A stretch of DNA of 64,000 bases from assembly GCF_009914755.1 (NCBI RefSeq), contig NC_060930.1, one strand, 5' to 3'. Shown here one piece after another: positions 29,544 to 48,856 of this stretch. The stretch is from the human T2T-CHM13v2.0 reference genome, Homo sapiens. The notes under the pieces are model-generated. The model did not search any database. It was not told where the DNA came from and saw nothing but the letters and a program-made list of their open reading frames with translations. The position numbers and the translations under genes are program-made. The first letter of the stretch is position 1. Every line of letters begins with the position of its first letter.

Positions 29544-29858
29544 GGCTGGGTGTGGTGGCTCACACCTGTAATCCCAGCACTTTGGAGGTCAAGGTGGGAG
29601 TATCTCTTGACGGCCAAGAGTTTAAGACCAGCCTAGCAGTACAATAAGACCTCATCCCCACCAACAACAATAAAAAAAATAAAAATTAGCCAGTCATGGT
29701 GGCATACACTGTAGTCCCATCTACATGGGAGGCTGAGGCAGGAGGATCCCTTAAGCCCAGGAGTTTGAGGCTTCTGTGAGCTATCATTCCACCAATGCAC
29801 TCTAGCCTGGATGACAGAATAAGACCCTGTCAAAGTAAAAAAAAAAAAGTAAAAAAAA
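29544..29858 (+). mobile_element. AluJ
   Basis: ggctgggtgtggtggctcacacctgtaatcc... with A-tail; TSD ttcaaatgtca. Confidence 0.9.
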
Positions 29859-30739
29859 TTCAAATGTCAGATATGGAGAACCAGTGACAGAGTTGAAAAC
29901 AGAGCTCGAGTGGATTTTCTAGACATAACCTTTTGGTATAGAGGATTTTAAGGAGAAAGTCTAGTAGACCATCTGCTGTGAACAGACCTAAGTTGATTTG
30001 ATTATGCACAATATGTTCACATTGGTAAAAAATGTATGTGAGTCACTGACATGTTTGAATTCGAAGAGGGTTATTTACTTCTTCACAGCCTCCTTAACTA
30101 TATTACAATGAAAGTAAATCACAGTCCATACTTTGCCACGTATACTGACAGTTACAAAAATATGACACAAACCAATTCATACAACGTCTATAAGCTTCAT
30201 GAAATCTCCAGTTCCTGTCCTTTTACGTGTTCCCACATCTACGTTGCATGAAAGATTTATTGGAGGCACATGTGATAATATTACAGAGGTAGAACTCTGT
30301 TACCTATACAGTGGCTATCAGAGAATGACAATTCCTCCTTTCTACTTGGCTGGACACAGTACACAGGACAAATATCAGTCCTAGAGAGCCAAGTCTAAGA
30401 GTACAGGTGCTTTTGAGTTTAAGAGATACATCTAAGCTATGGGATACAAGGGTGGGATGTGACTTTGAAATATTTTAGGTAATCCTCATAAGTAAAAAAA
30501 TTATAATTTAACCAATGGGAGCCAATTATTTATCACAATTATGCTGATTAACAAGTCATGAATTTTAACAATAAAACCCATTTCTGACATTTATTATACT
30601 AATAATCTAGGGTTGATCAAAATATGGGTAATGGAAGCACTTGCAGCAGTTTCTCCAAAGCCTGGTCTTTCAGAGTGAATGCCACTGAACAACCCTGGGG
30701 GGTGGATTCCTGATTAGAGCAAGCAACTGCCTTTACTTT

Positions 30740-31038
30740 AGTGAAGTTTAGACCAGCACAGATATTTATAATACACTGTGGTGAACTATTTTAAAATAAA
30801 TTATAGACAACATGTCATTATCTTTTTGCAATTCAAGAAGTGAAGTTTTGACCAGCATAGATACTTATAATACACTGTGATGAACTATTTTAAAATAAAT
30901 TATAGACAACATATCATCATCTTTTTGCAGTTCAAGAAGTGAAGTTTAGACCAGCACAGATACTTGTAATATACTATGATGAATTATTTTAAAACAAATT
31001 ATAGACAATGTATTATTTTCTTTTCTCAATTCGAGAAG
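30740..31038. repeat. 99-bp tandem triplication
   Basis: Unit agtgaagttt(a/t)gaccagca...ttcaaga starts at 30740, 30839 and 30938. Confidence 0.93.
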
Positions 31039-31447
31039 ATAAACTATTTCATTCTCCAAATATATTATTTGCCTAATATTGCTTTAAATGCTGTTAAAGT
31101 CACAAAACTGCCGTAATTTCAACAGTCATTAGTTTTGGCTTTGTTTTGTTTTGTTTTTTTGGTCAAGATGCTGTGTGTAACCAATTAATTAACTCACTCT
31201 GAGGAGCTCCAGACATATTTTACTGAGAAAGTAAAGCTACCAGACAGGAATTCTTTCATATCTCCACAATCATAGTTTTCAACCTACCTCCATCTGGGTT
31301 ACTGCTTACCTTGAATTGACTCCCCTTCTTGAGTTCTGAATCCCATCTTCTCTTATCTTTTCAATACCTCCATCTCTACCATTCTCTCTCGCTTTCTTGC
31401 TCTCTCTTTCTTCTCAAGCATCATTTTTTTCTTTTCTTTTCTCCTGG

Positions 31448-31813
31448 TGATATGGTTTGGCTGTGTCACCACCCAAATCTCATCTTGGATTGTAGCTCCC
31501 ATAATTCTCACCTGTCATGGGAGGGACCCAGTGAGAGGGAATTGAATCACGGGGACAGGTTTTTCCCATGCTGTTCTTGTAGTAGTGAATAAGTCTCATA
31601 AGATCTGATGGTTTTATAAATGGGAGTTGCCCTGTACAAGCTCTCTCTTGCCTGCCACCATACAAAATGTCTCTTTGCTCTTCCTTCGTCTTTTGCAATG
31701 ATTGTGAGGCCTCCCCAGCCATGTGGAACTGTGAGTCTATTAAACCTCTTTCTTTTGTAAATTACTCAGTCTTGGGTATGTCTTTATTAGCAGTGTGAGA
31801 ACAGGCTAATACA
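31448..31813 (+). mobile_element. THE1/MST-type MaLR solo LTR
   Basis: TGATATGGTTTGGCTGTG...ACAGGCTAATACA termini; about 365 bp. Confidence 0.9.
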
Positions 31814-34736
31814 TGTGGATTAACCATTAATTTCCAAAATGTGTTTTTGCCTTTCCCAACTTTATAAAATCTCTCCCTTAACTTCATGTCTTTAACCAGC
31901 TACCATCTCATTCCCTTCTTTCCTTTAATGGCAAAATGTCTGAAAGAAAAATTTACTTTCTTATTCCAAGTCTCTCATCAACCCATTCCTACAGGATGTC
32001 AGCTCCCTGCTACTTCACTGAAATCTCTCTTGGCAGGGTTATTGGCAATTCCTACATTACCAAATGCAATATTCAGATGTCTGTTTTTGTGTTCTTGGCC
32101 TCTCGACAGTACTGTATGCAGCTGACCACCTAGAGCATTTGAAACACTGTATTAACCCTGTTTTTCATGACACCACCCTCTCCTCAATTTTCTGTTCCCT
32201 CACAGGCCACTCCTTCGCAGTTTCCTCTTCTGAATGTCTGTCAGATGCAGTGTTTTGAGCTCAGTCCTGGACCACTTTCTCTTACCTATATACACTCTCT
32301 CCAAAAGACTCTTATTTAGTCTTGTGTTTGAAAAAGTAGATATGGATGTTGGTGTCTCCCAAATTCATGCTCCAGCCTGGGCTTAACTCTTGTCTTTTAT
32401 AAACTGCTGTCTACTTGATATCTCTGTTAGGATGTCTAGCCTAGGTTTTATCTAAATCTAAAATATACACAGTAGCAGTCTTGATTTCTTGACACAAGCC
32501 TGTTTCTTATTTTAGTGATAGCTGTACCATTTCTTTATTACTCAAGCCAAAGTCCTAATGAGGTATCTTTGATTCCTCTTTTCCCTCATTCACCAGATTC
32601 AATCCATGAGTGATTCCCTTTGAGTTACCTCCAAGTTATATCCACCTACTTCTCTCTATCCTCACTACTATTATGCTAATCCTTCATGCTTCTGGGAACC
32701 TCCACCCTAGTCAGCTCAACAGGAGTGATAAGTGCAGAGATTAGGGTGGAGACATTTTGGATAAGGCCTTATAGGTTACAGTAAGAAGTTTGGTCTTATT
32801 CTAAATTTGATGGGAAACGACTTGAAGATTTTAAGTAGGAAGCGACATGATGTATATTTTTGACGATCTCTGTAAATGCTGTGTGGGAAATGAGGGATCC
32901 GTTGGAGTTGGGAAGGATTGTAGCAAAGGAGTGAGTGGACTGCGTCTGGGTATTATATAGACACTGATGCTTTACTGTGTCAACACCTTGACCGGGGTCC
33001 GAAGTAACTGATTATGGCTTTTGCTCAAGAGATTAATTCTCATGCTAGATTAAAGTGAATGCAATGTCTCAGTTATCTCTTACATGAAATTAAGGAAGGA
33101 TGACCAAGAAATGGAGTTTTTGTTAACATTAAATTTAGTGTTGATGATTTGGGGTGGCTTGGTAATGGCGGTCCCCTGACTTCAAAATTATTAGCTGAGT
33201 ATAAGTCAGCTAATACTCAGCTGAGTATTAAGGTCTTTTTCCCTAAGGACCCTTGAGATGTCTGTTCCATTTATCCATGGAATTCATATGTTGAACACTC
33301 AAGATTCATGAGGTATGATTAAAAATCAGCTTTGTTTTTATCCCACACTCTCAGTTTTTAAGAATGGTCAGGAAAGTACTTCTCTTGGCTTTGAATGAAA
33401 ACTTGGATTGTTGCATGGATTTTCTGTTGTTTCTAGGTAATAAAATATTTTAGAATCTCTTTAAATTAGAAACATACTGTGGATTCAGTTATGAAAGGAG
33501 TCTAATCTTATGTAGCAATTAAAACCATGAATTTGATGTGAAGTTCAGTCTTCCTACATCTCGGGTTTGTTGCATTAGGAAAACTGTGGTCAAGAGAAGG
33601 GTGGTTTCCTTTTCTTATCCCATGATTGTGACGTACCAAAATTCCATATGAAAGGGATGCCTAGACGTAAATACATAAATAATTAGATTCATTAAGTAGA
33701 ATATTGGACTGTGAAACATCCAGGGGAGGGGCAGTTATGAAATATTTTTTATTACAATATTTTTTGGAAAATCAAACAATGGCTAATTCCTTAAGTGGCT
33801 TTGTAACATTATGGCTAGAAGTTAAACAAGGTCCCTTAGAATGCTTTCTAAACCTATAGTTTGCCCTATGATTTTAGGAATAAAAGGTTAAAATTCATTT
33901 TGTTTAATTAGAGGCCATTGGCATAAAATACCAATTACATGTTTCTATCAAAAACAGTCTCACTAGACAAAGTTGAGTCCCTTTTGCTAATTCAATGTTA
34001 ATTTTGAATTTGAGCAGATTATATTTTCAAAAGGAATTTAAATTTTTAACCAGAGCACTATTTTTACAATATGTTACTAGTGGTTTTTATATGATAATGA
34101 TTCACCATCCATCTCTTTTGAGTAGTTCATATAATCTCATAAAGCAGTTAATAACTAGTTTCAGTTAACAGTTAAGAAACATTTGGATTTGGAAGGCAAA
34201 TGGCTACAATCTTATTGATTTCCTGAATTTTTTCCCTTATTCAGATCCTAAAGAAAAAAATAGAATTTGTCTTTGTAAGGTAAATTCAATGAAATGACCT
34301 GGTATTTTGAGTCCAAAGCTACTTGCTTCAGTCATATCCAATTAATTATAAGCACTTATGAGACTTGATTAGTTGTTTTTTTAAATGAGACATGCCATAA
34401 ATCAATTCAAATACTATTATATTGTTTACTTACTTAAAAGCATTAATTATTTTTTAAGCATAGTGATTAATTCCTTGGTAATCTTGTTTTCATGTTTTGC
34501 AAATCCTCCCTGTTGGAACATAATATGCAGTTTAAAGATAAAAGCATTGAAACAAGCACAGAAGAATTCGATATACACACCTTGACACAAACCTGACATG
34601 GATTTCTATCAGCTTTTTTGGCACCAAACATGTCTGCATATTTGAAAAGCTAACTATGATTTTTGATTACATTTTATGTTAATGCACTTTATTACTTAGT
34701 TTAGCATTTTCATTTCTTTACATGTTACTTTGACAG

Positions 34737-34800
34737 GTTGCTTCAAAGATGGTCAACATTATGAAGAGGGATCAGTAATTAAAGAAAACTGCAACTCCTG
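34737..34800 (+). CDS. TINAG: TINAG exon 2 (64 nt; GCFKDGQHYEEGSVIKENCNSC)
   Basis: Pyrimidine tract and tgacag| acceptor; donor CTG|gtaata; in frame with exon 1. Confidence 0.94.
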
Positions 34801-35454
34801 GTAATAAATTTAAGTGGCACAGAACTGAGTTCTACTGTGTGTGTATGTTTTCTTCAAATAAAAGAAATATTTGTGAACCAAAGTATACATTTATGTACAT
34901 ATAGGCAGAATCATACATCATAAGACATCATGTACCTGTAACTTTGTATAAGCATATTTAATTTTAAGGGATTTTGAAAATTTAATCATGAATATCTTTT
35001 AATGTTTGAGGTTGATGTTCTTGACAATGGGTCTTCATCATACAACAGTTCTTCATTAAATGTACCTCTTAATTATAATATTCTGATACCCTAAGGCAAA
35101 TTGTGTTTTTTGAGCACAGTAACTATATAAAAACAGGCTGCTTTAAAAGGACTAGCCTGCAGAAAGTTTCCAAATACAAGTACATTGAATCTACTGTCCA
35201 ATTTGGCTTGTTTTCAAACTTCAACAGATGTGTGATCATATCATTTGTTAATTGCCTGGAGTAGAGGATTACAGCATATTGAGTGGTAGCTAACGTATGT
35301 TTTACAATTTATTTTTGCCAAGAATCAAATAACCATATGGCTAACATTAATCAAGAAATTATGTTTTATGCCTTAACAATGTACAACTCTTTTTACTAAT
35401 TGAAATATACTTCATAAAGACCAAGCCACTTTTGTAATTGTCATATCTTTGCAG

Positions 35455-35544
35455 CACATGCTCAGGACAGCAATGGAAATGTTCCCAGCATGTATGCCTT
35501 GTTCGTCCAGAATTAATTGAACAGGTCAATAAAGGAGACTATGG
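35455..35544 (+). CDS. TINAG: TINAG exon 3 (90 nt; TCSGQQWKCSQHVCLVRPELIEQVNKGDYG)
   Basis: Acceptor tctttgcag|, donor TGG|gtgaga; symmetric phase 2-2. Confidence 0.94.
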
Positions 35545-36177
35545 GTGAGAGAAATCTTGCTTTGTATGTTTCTTGACACTGCCATTTACTATGCAGGTTT
35601 CAATGTATTGCTTGGTTTCTATAAATGGTCATTGTTTAAAAAGAAAGAGTGGGAGAGAAATAGGAAGGGAGATAGAAAGCATGTAAACCTGGAATGCAAA
35701 GGTAAACATTAAATAATTAAAATGATCAAATAATAAATCTACAGCATAGCTGTAAATTATCTAGGAAAGAGCAATGTCGTGGTGTAGGTAAGGGAAGTGG
35801 AGGGAAAGCTACTTTGGATAAGTATTTAGGCAAAATCAGGAAGTCAGCAAAATTCATGTATTCATACTAACCATTTCTCCCTCTGCTGCTGCCCTCACCA
35901 AGCCAATCACATGCTTAGCTACCATGGGTAGAATCTGACCTTACAAGGATGATATTCAAATAACAAGCCAATCTAAATAATTTCACTGAAATGATGGGTA
36001 TCTAACCAATGTCACTTACGGTTGAATCAAAAGACAGATTGAGCTACTTTACTTTGCTAGTACACAAAAAGTAGGGATGATTGACACTGAAACATTGGAA
36101 ATAACTGATGCTCTCATGCAGATTGAAAAATTAGGTGGCGTCTCCATTTACATAGAGGAAATTAAGATGTAGGCACT

Positions 36178-36539
<362 letters not shown>

Positions 36540-37197
36540 TTATTAGAGAACTAAAAGGAAGAGGAACAAGCCAGCTGGTATCTGCTTCAGGATTTCTCCA
36601 CTGCCATTGAACGAATCTCGATATACCCTTGATAACATCTTCTACATTTCTGGAAAAGATTTCACATAAAAAGATCTATTATCAAGCAATTAGAAAAGTG
36701 AAATAATCTGGAGAAGTATTTTTATAAAATGGAAGTGTAATCTCCTTCCACATATAACATGTTGTTTCCCAGCATAATGGGGACACTAAATTTCAATGTA
36801 TTCAAAGTTTTTTCTTGGAACATACAAAACATAGAAAGTCACATTTGTTGATATTAATATCCTTAAACCATTCTCAGTTCCTCTGTGTGTTTGTGAGTGT
36901 GTGTGTTTGTGTTAAACCAATATTTTAGAAGATAACTTGATGACATCTTCAGTATTTCCAGGGAAAACCAATTATAATTTTCTGTGGCAAATCATATTTA
37001 AATTATTCAAAGAAGATGAGAGTATATGTCATCTTGAGAAATTGAATCAGATTCCTAAAAGGGTTCAAATGCTAGACCTAATTAACATACATTCCTAGCT
37101 TTCCACTGTTAACAAGTACATGAGAAACTATAGTCTAAACCAATGTGGTACACCTAAGAATACACACTTAGGAGCACAGAGGTTGTTGGGAATGCTA

Positions 37198-37241
37198 TTA
37201 GGTTGGTGCAAAACTCCACCATTACTTTTGCACCAACCTAA
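37198..37241. mobile_element. Internally deleted MADE1 (Hsmar1-derived MITE)
   Basis: TA-TTAGGTTGGTGCAAAA...TTTTGCACCAACCTAA-TA. Confidence 0.9.
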
Positions 37242-37829
37242 TATCTTCCTTGGAAGGAGGAACTTTCTTTCCATGATTTATTTATTTTGAGCATGCCCTA
37301 CGGCTGCTTAAGAGGCATGGGCTTTGCATTTTAGTAGCAAATATTAAAACATCACATAACTTTAAAAGAGTAGAAAGTGAAGTATAATTGGAGCAAAAGG
37401 AAACATATAAAAACCAAAGGAAAAAAGTTAAGTAAAAGGAGCAAGCTATAAAGACAAGAAATAAAACTAAAATTATTTACCAGGGCAAAAAAGGGGGGAA
37501 GTCTTTAAATTTAAAAGAAAGTTCTAATTCTCAGCTATTCTCTCTTCATTATGCTCAAATTGTTTTTATGTGTAAAAATATAACCATATTATATCATTCA
37601 ATATTTATTAAGTGCTTTTTAAAATAGCCTACATCAAATATGCAATCTTTGGTTTAAAATATTTCTTTCCCACATCTTGACAGTATTTTAGATCCAAGTC
37701 TTTATTTATTCTATGTAATGTACTTCAGTGCTTATTTATTCTCTGTATTATTTTTTAATGTAATCAGTTGATATTAATAAAACATATGTTCCACTGATGG
37801 CATGGCTGAGGATACAAATAAATCATTTT

Positions 37830-38128
37830 GGCCTGGCGAAGTGGCTTATGCCTGTAATCCCAGCACTTTGGGAGGCCAAGACGAGCAGATCATTTGAGGT
37901 CAGGAGTTTGAGACCAGCCTGGCCAACATGGTGAAACCCCATCTCTACCAGAAATACAAAAATTATCCAGGTGTGCTGGCACAGGTCTGTAGTCCCAGCT
38001 ACTCGTTAGGTTGATGCACTAGAATTGCTTGAACCCAGGAGGTGAAGGTTGCAGTGAGCTGAGATCACACCACTGCACTCCAGCCTGGGCCACAGAGTGA
38101 GATTCTGTCTCAAACAAAACAAAAAAAC
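37830..38128 (+). mobile_element. AluS
   Basis: Full dimer with A-rich tail. Confidence 0.9.
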
Positions 38129-38286
38129 AAATAATTTTTATGTTAAGGGAATTTACCATCTAGTTGAGGAGCCAACACTATCATATCTTTATAAAAGGAT
38201 TTCTAATAATAGGGGAGAATAGAAGCTGTAAATTAGTGGCACAAGTAATAATCAGCAAGTTAGTGGAATAAAGGGAGATATATAAG

Positions 38287-38700
38287 TGTTTCAATTAACT
38301 GCTGCTGTATAACAAACCATTCCAGGATTCAGCATTTTAAAACGATAAGCTTTTCATCTTTTCACATCAGCAATTTGGAATAGGTTCAACTGAGGCTCTT
38401 TTGCTGCTCTCTTTTGGAATTACTCCTGTGTCAACAGAGCCTCAACTGAGGCTGAATTGTCTGTGATGGCCTTACTCTATGTCTTGTGGTTGGTGCAGGA
38501 TGTTAATTGGGCCATGTTTCTCCAGCAGGCTAGCTTTGGCTTCTTCTCATAATTATTATTCTAATGGGGCATACGTGGAAGTTGCCCCAGTCCTCCCTTA
38601 AAGCTTATGCTTGAAAGTTTCATGATATCAATTCTACCACTTTCTATTGGGTAAAGCAAGTTACTAGGCCAGCTTACATTCAAAGGCTAGTGAAATAGAT
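38287..38700. mobile_element. Old MLT1-type MaLR LTR
   Basis: tgctgctgtataacaaaccattcc...ctattgggtaaagcaagttac..ggccagc..attcaaagg pattern; subfamily uncertain. Confidence 0.55.
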
Positions 38701-40959
38701 TCTTTCTTATGAACTCAAAATTTGGTCTACTGGATAAGTGGCTTTCATTTTTCACTGTTTTCTCAAAACCAGCTCACCCCAAACTGCAGTGATTAACTTC
38801 TACCTATTCTTAGTCACTGGCATCTTGCTCTATCTGCTCAACTTGAAAATTTGATGTTAGTTTGGTTCTTCCTTCCTTTTACTCTCAGTCAGTAGGTATT
38901 GCTAACTCCCACACAAAAAGTTTCTCTTAGATATTTACTTCTTCCATTCTAGACTATATTCTAATGCATTTCTTTATCAAGCCTAGTTTGAAATTACCTG
39001 ACTTGTTTCTGTTTCCAGAAATTCTCAATGGTACTCCATTGCTTGTGAAACATAAGTATTGTCCTTAGCATAAATAACATGTTGGTCCAAAAGCTTTTTT
39101 ACTACCTTATCTTTTATACCGTTTTCAGCCCCTGTGTCCCTATCCTCTCTCCTAGTTTAAGCATTTTACTTATCTGTCATTCCCTAAACATGCCACCCAA
39201 CTTCAAACCTGCATGCTTTGCTCAAGAGTTACTTTTACTTTAAACAAATGCTCTCTTCTTTCATGTCTGGTCACCAAGGTCATTCTCATCCTTCCAGATA
39301 GAGAACTAAATTTGCTTTATGTAAAAAATTTGCCAACTCCTTCAGTTGTGTTTGAAGCTTTTGATCATATTTTGATATATTGCTAACAAATGGCACATGC
39401 CAAAGTCATTTCTATCTTTGCAGTGTTTCTTAAGGTATGAGCTTCTTAAATGTAGAGAAGTTTATTCATATCTATGTTCTCCGTGTTTATCAGAGAATAT
39501 GATAGATCAATTAAGAAAGTTCAATAAATGCTAAATTGGATTAAAATGAAACTTATGAGTCCAGGTCAAGAAGGATGTTATAGGTTAGTCATACCTTTCA
39601 CACTTTTTGAGCATATCTCACAGTAGAACATACATTTTACTTTGTGATCTAGTACACACACACGTGCACAAGCATCAACACACACATACAGACACAGAGA
39701 GTTTATTACCTCAGTATTTGTAATAAACTCTACTATTTCCTATTATTTCTCCTATCTTCTATTTTACTTTCTTAAACTATCACCCTGCTCACCAAATTGA
39801 GTGCTGAATTAAATAGCCTATGAATGTCTCTGACCTGATGTTTGAAAACTACTAACATAGGGCAACAAAAACATACTTACTGATGTCACAGTTTTGCCCA
39901 ATTTTGCCCAGTTAGCCTTTTGAATTATACTACAATATCTCTTATATTCAGAGGTTCCCTTATTGAGATTGCACTTTAAATTGTAACCAAGTTTCTAAAG
40001 ATTTTATGAACTAACAGATCTTGTACAAATTAAAAGCATTAACTTGTGAGGTATATTATTAAAAATTAAGTTGTGTTTTCAATGATTCATAAGAGCCTAT
40101 CACATTATAAACGATTTTGGTGATAAACATAGCAGGACAGGGTTTAAATTTGATGTGAGTACTGAAAATATATTGACCTAAAGTGGTAGATAATTCAGAA
40201 TAGGCAATGATTAAATTACTTGCATCTTTCTAATTTTTTATCCACTATCATCTAGTAAAAAATTTTGTTTGTCTTCAAATTTCAATATTAAATTTTGAAG
40301 AGAAATTTTTTTCTAATTAAGGGCACAAAATATGTCTCTACAAAAATATGCACTTTCACATCAACTGATTTTTTATTATTATTAATAACTAAGATGATTG
40401 AGCACTTAAAACAAATGAACTCATTTAATATATAATAGAATATTTCAATATCTGATTAATTAGATTTTTAATTAATTTTTAAAAATCTGATGTCATTTTT
40501 AAAAATTATACCTATTTTATCCTTCATTTTTCATGCATACTTTTTTACCTTGTCAATTTCTTTTCAAATCTAAATTTTAAAGAAAATGTATTAACCTATT
40601 TAATGTATAAGTGCATTTCTGTATATTTAAGCTTCTTTCTAAGATGCATTTAATGGCATTTAAAGGAAACTGCATATATTGGCCTTATTAACACTTAATC
40701 CCTTTGTGGGATTATGTTCTTCATAAGAATCATTAAAATACTTGAAATGGACCTTATTTAGGAAGAGTATCTCATACCCTTGATTATAAAATAATCAATA
40801 ATGCATCATTATATAAAGAATATCTAGCCTGTGACAATTCTCATATTGTGAGATTTGCTGCTATTAAATTTCAGAAATATAAAGGAAAATGTATTTATAA
40901 AAGTGATGTCATATAACCTGTATATATTTTTCTATATTTTTCTCTCATTTGTAAGGCAG

Positions 40960-41074
40960 ATGGACAGCACAGAATTACAGCCAATTTTGGGGAATGACTT
41001 TAGAAGATGGTTTTAAATTTCGCCTTGGCACTTTGCCACCTAGTCCCATGCTCCTGAGCATGAATGAAATGACA
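40960..41074 (+). CDS. TINAG: TINAG exon 4 (115 nt; WTAQNYSQFWGMTLEDGFKFRLGTLPPSPMLLSMNEMT), cathepsin-B-like propeptide-like region
   Basis: Acceptor ggcag|A, consensus donor ACA|gtaagt; the W-x-A-x-N...F.G.T...LG pattern resembles cathepsin B family propeptides. Confidence 0.94.
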
Positions 41075-41134
41075 GTAAGTGTTCCTTCTGATTCACGTAT
41101 GTGCATGTATTTGTAAAAGTGTGTTTGTGTGTGC

Positions 41135-41206
41135 ATTAAAAGCAATTATAAATCACTAAAATAATGAGTTTTGAGCTTTCAGTCATAATTTTGTCACATA
41201 AATAAA
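41135..41206 (+). terminator. Candidate intronic polyadenylation signals after exon 4 (ATTAAA 41135, AATAAA 41201)
   Basis: Both hexamers follow an in-frame read-through stop (TAA 41114-41116). Confidence 0.45.
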
Positions 41207-41311
41207 AAACCCTTTCCCTAAATGGTTGTTAAACCCCTCAAAAGTTTCATATGAGATTTGCAAGTTTACTGTTACCAATTAGACATAGTCTCCTTTAGGA
41301 ATGATTGAATG

Positions 41312-47818
<6,507 letters not shown>

Positions 47819-48856
47819 AAGAATAATTGAGTGTTTATTTACATTGATAATGACTTCACAGAAATACAAATTTCGGATTACTGGTTATTCAGTGTGCCAG
47901 TACTTCAGCAAGTCATTGTTTCAATTTTTCTTTTTTACCTAAACACAGTTATTTTGTCCTGTCTATAGGAATATTCATTATCATATTAGAATAAAATAAA
48001 TGTTAGTATCTTCAGACATATATGCCTTGATGATTAGTAAAGGTTGATCCTCAAAAATCCTCAAGATTTCTGTTAAAAGCATATCTTCAAATTTTGCCTG
48101 ATGACCTGGCAAACTCCTTTGTAAAATTACCTCCAGTTTTCTAGCATTCTTATGCTTTGAACTATCATATTGGTTTTTCCCTTTCATTTTTAAGAGGTGT
48201 TATCATCTGCTACTAGGTATCTTGCACAAAGAAGTTTCTACCTCTCTTGTTATTACAAACCTGTTACTCACAAATCTGCCGTGTTACCACCCAATGTGTG
48301 GTGTTCTCCAGGCACATAGACTTTCCAGTTGAGATATTGATTGTATTCAAGGCCTGTTATGAATGCCCGGGGCAGAGTGGTGCTTCCAGGCTGCTGGAGT
48401 GTAGCCTCTCCACTCTCCAATGAAGACATCCAGTCTCAGCTGCCTAGAAGCTCTCAGCATCTTTAGCAGGCAAGATTATTGTTTCCTGTTGGATGAGTTG
48501 TAAATGCACAGGTTTCTCTTCAAATGTTTAATGTACTTTGCTTTTGAGTGATGTAATCACCTGAGTTATTGTTCCAATTCAAATTCCAGTAGCAGGGCCT
48601 TCTAAATTATAACTAGTATCAGAGAAGATAATAACAGATGTTTATGAAGTAGTTGTGTATTAAAGCACTTACAGTTTCGTACATGATCTCATTTAATTTT
48701 CCCAGCAGCATGATGTAGTGGATCCTATCATTACTCACATTTTAAAGACAGGCAAATTGAGGTTGAGAAGTTAAGTCAAGCCAAGATTGAGAGAGGTTAA
48801 AAGCCACCACAGAATTATTTATATTCATAGACAGGCCATCTAAAAAATTATTTCCC

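Noticed and set aside
30740-31038. CRISPR-like array
   Set aside because: Head-to-tail 99-bp units with no unique spacers, in a eukaryotic intron.
35528-35533. AATAAA inside exon 3
   Set aside because: It is coding sequence (Asn-Lys) with no stop upstream; use would give a non-stop mRNA and nothing else supports it.
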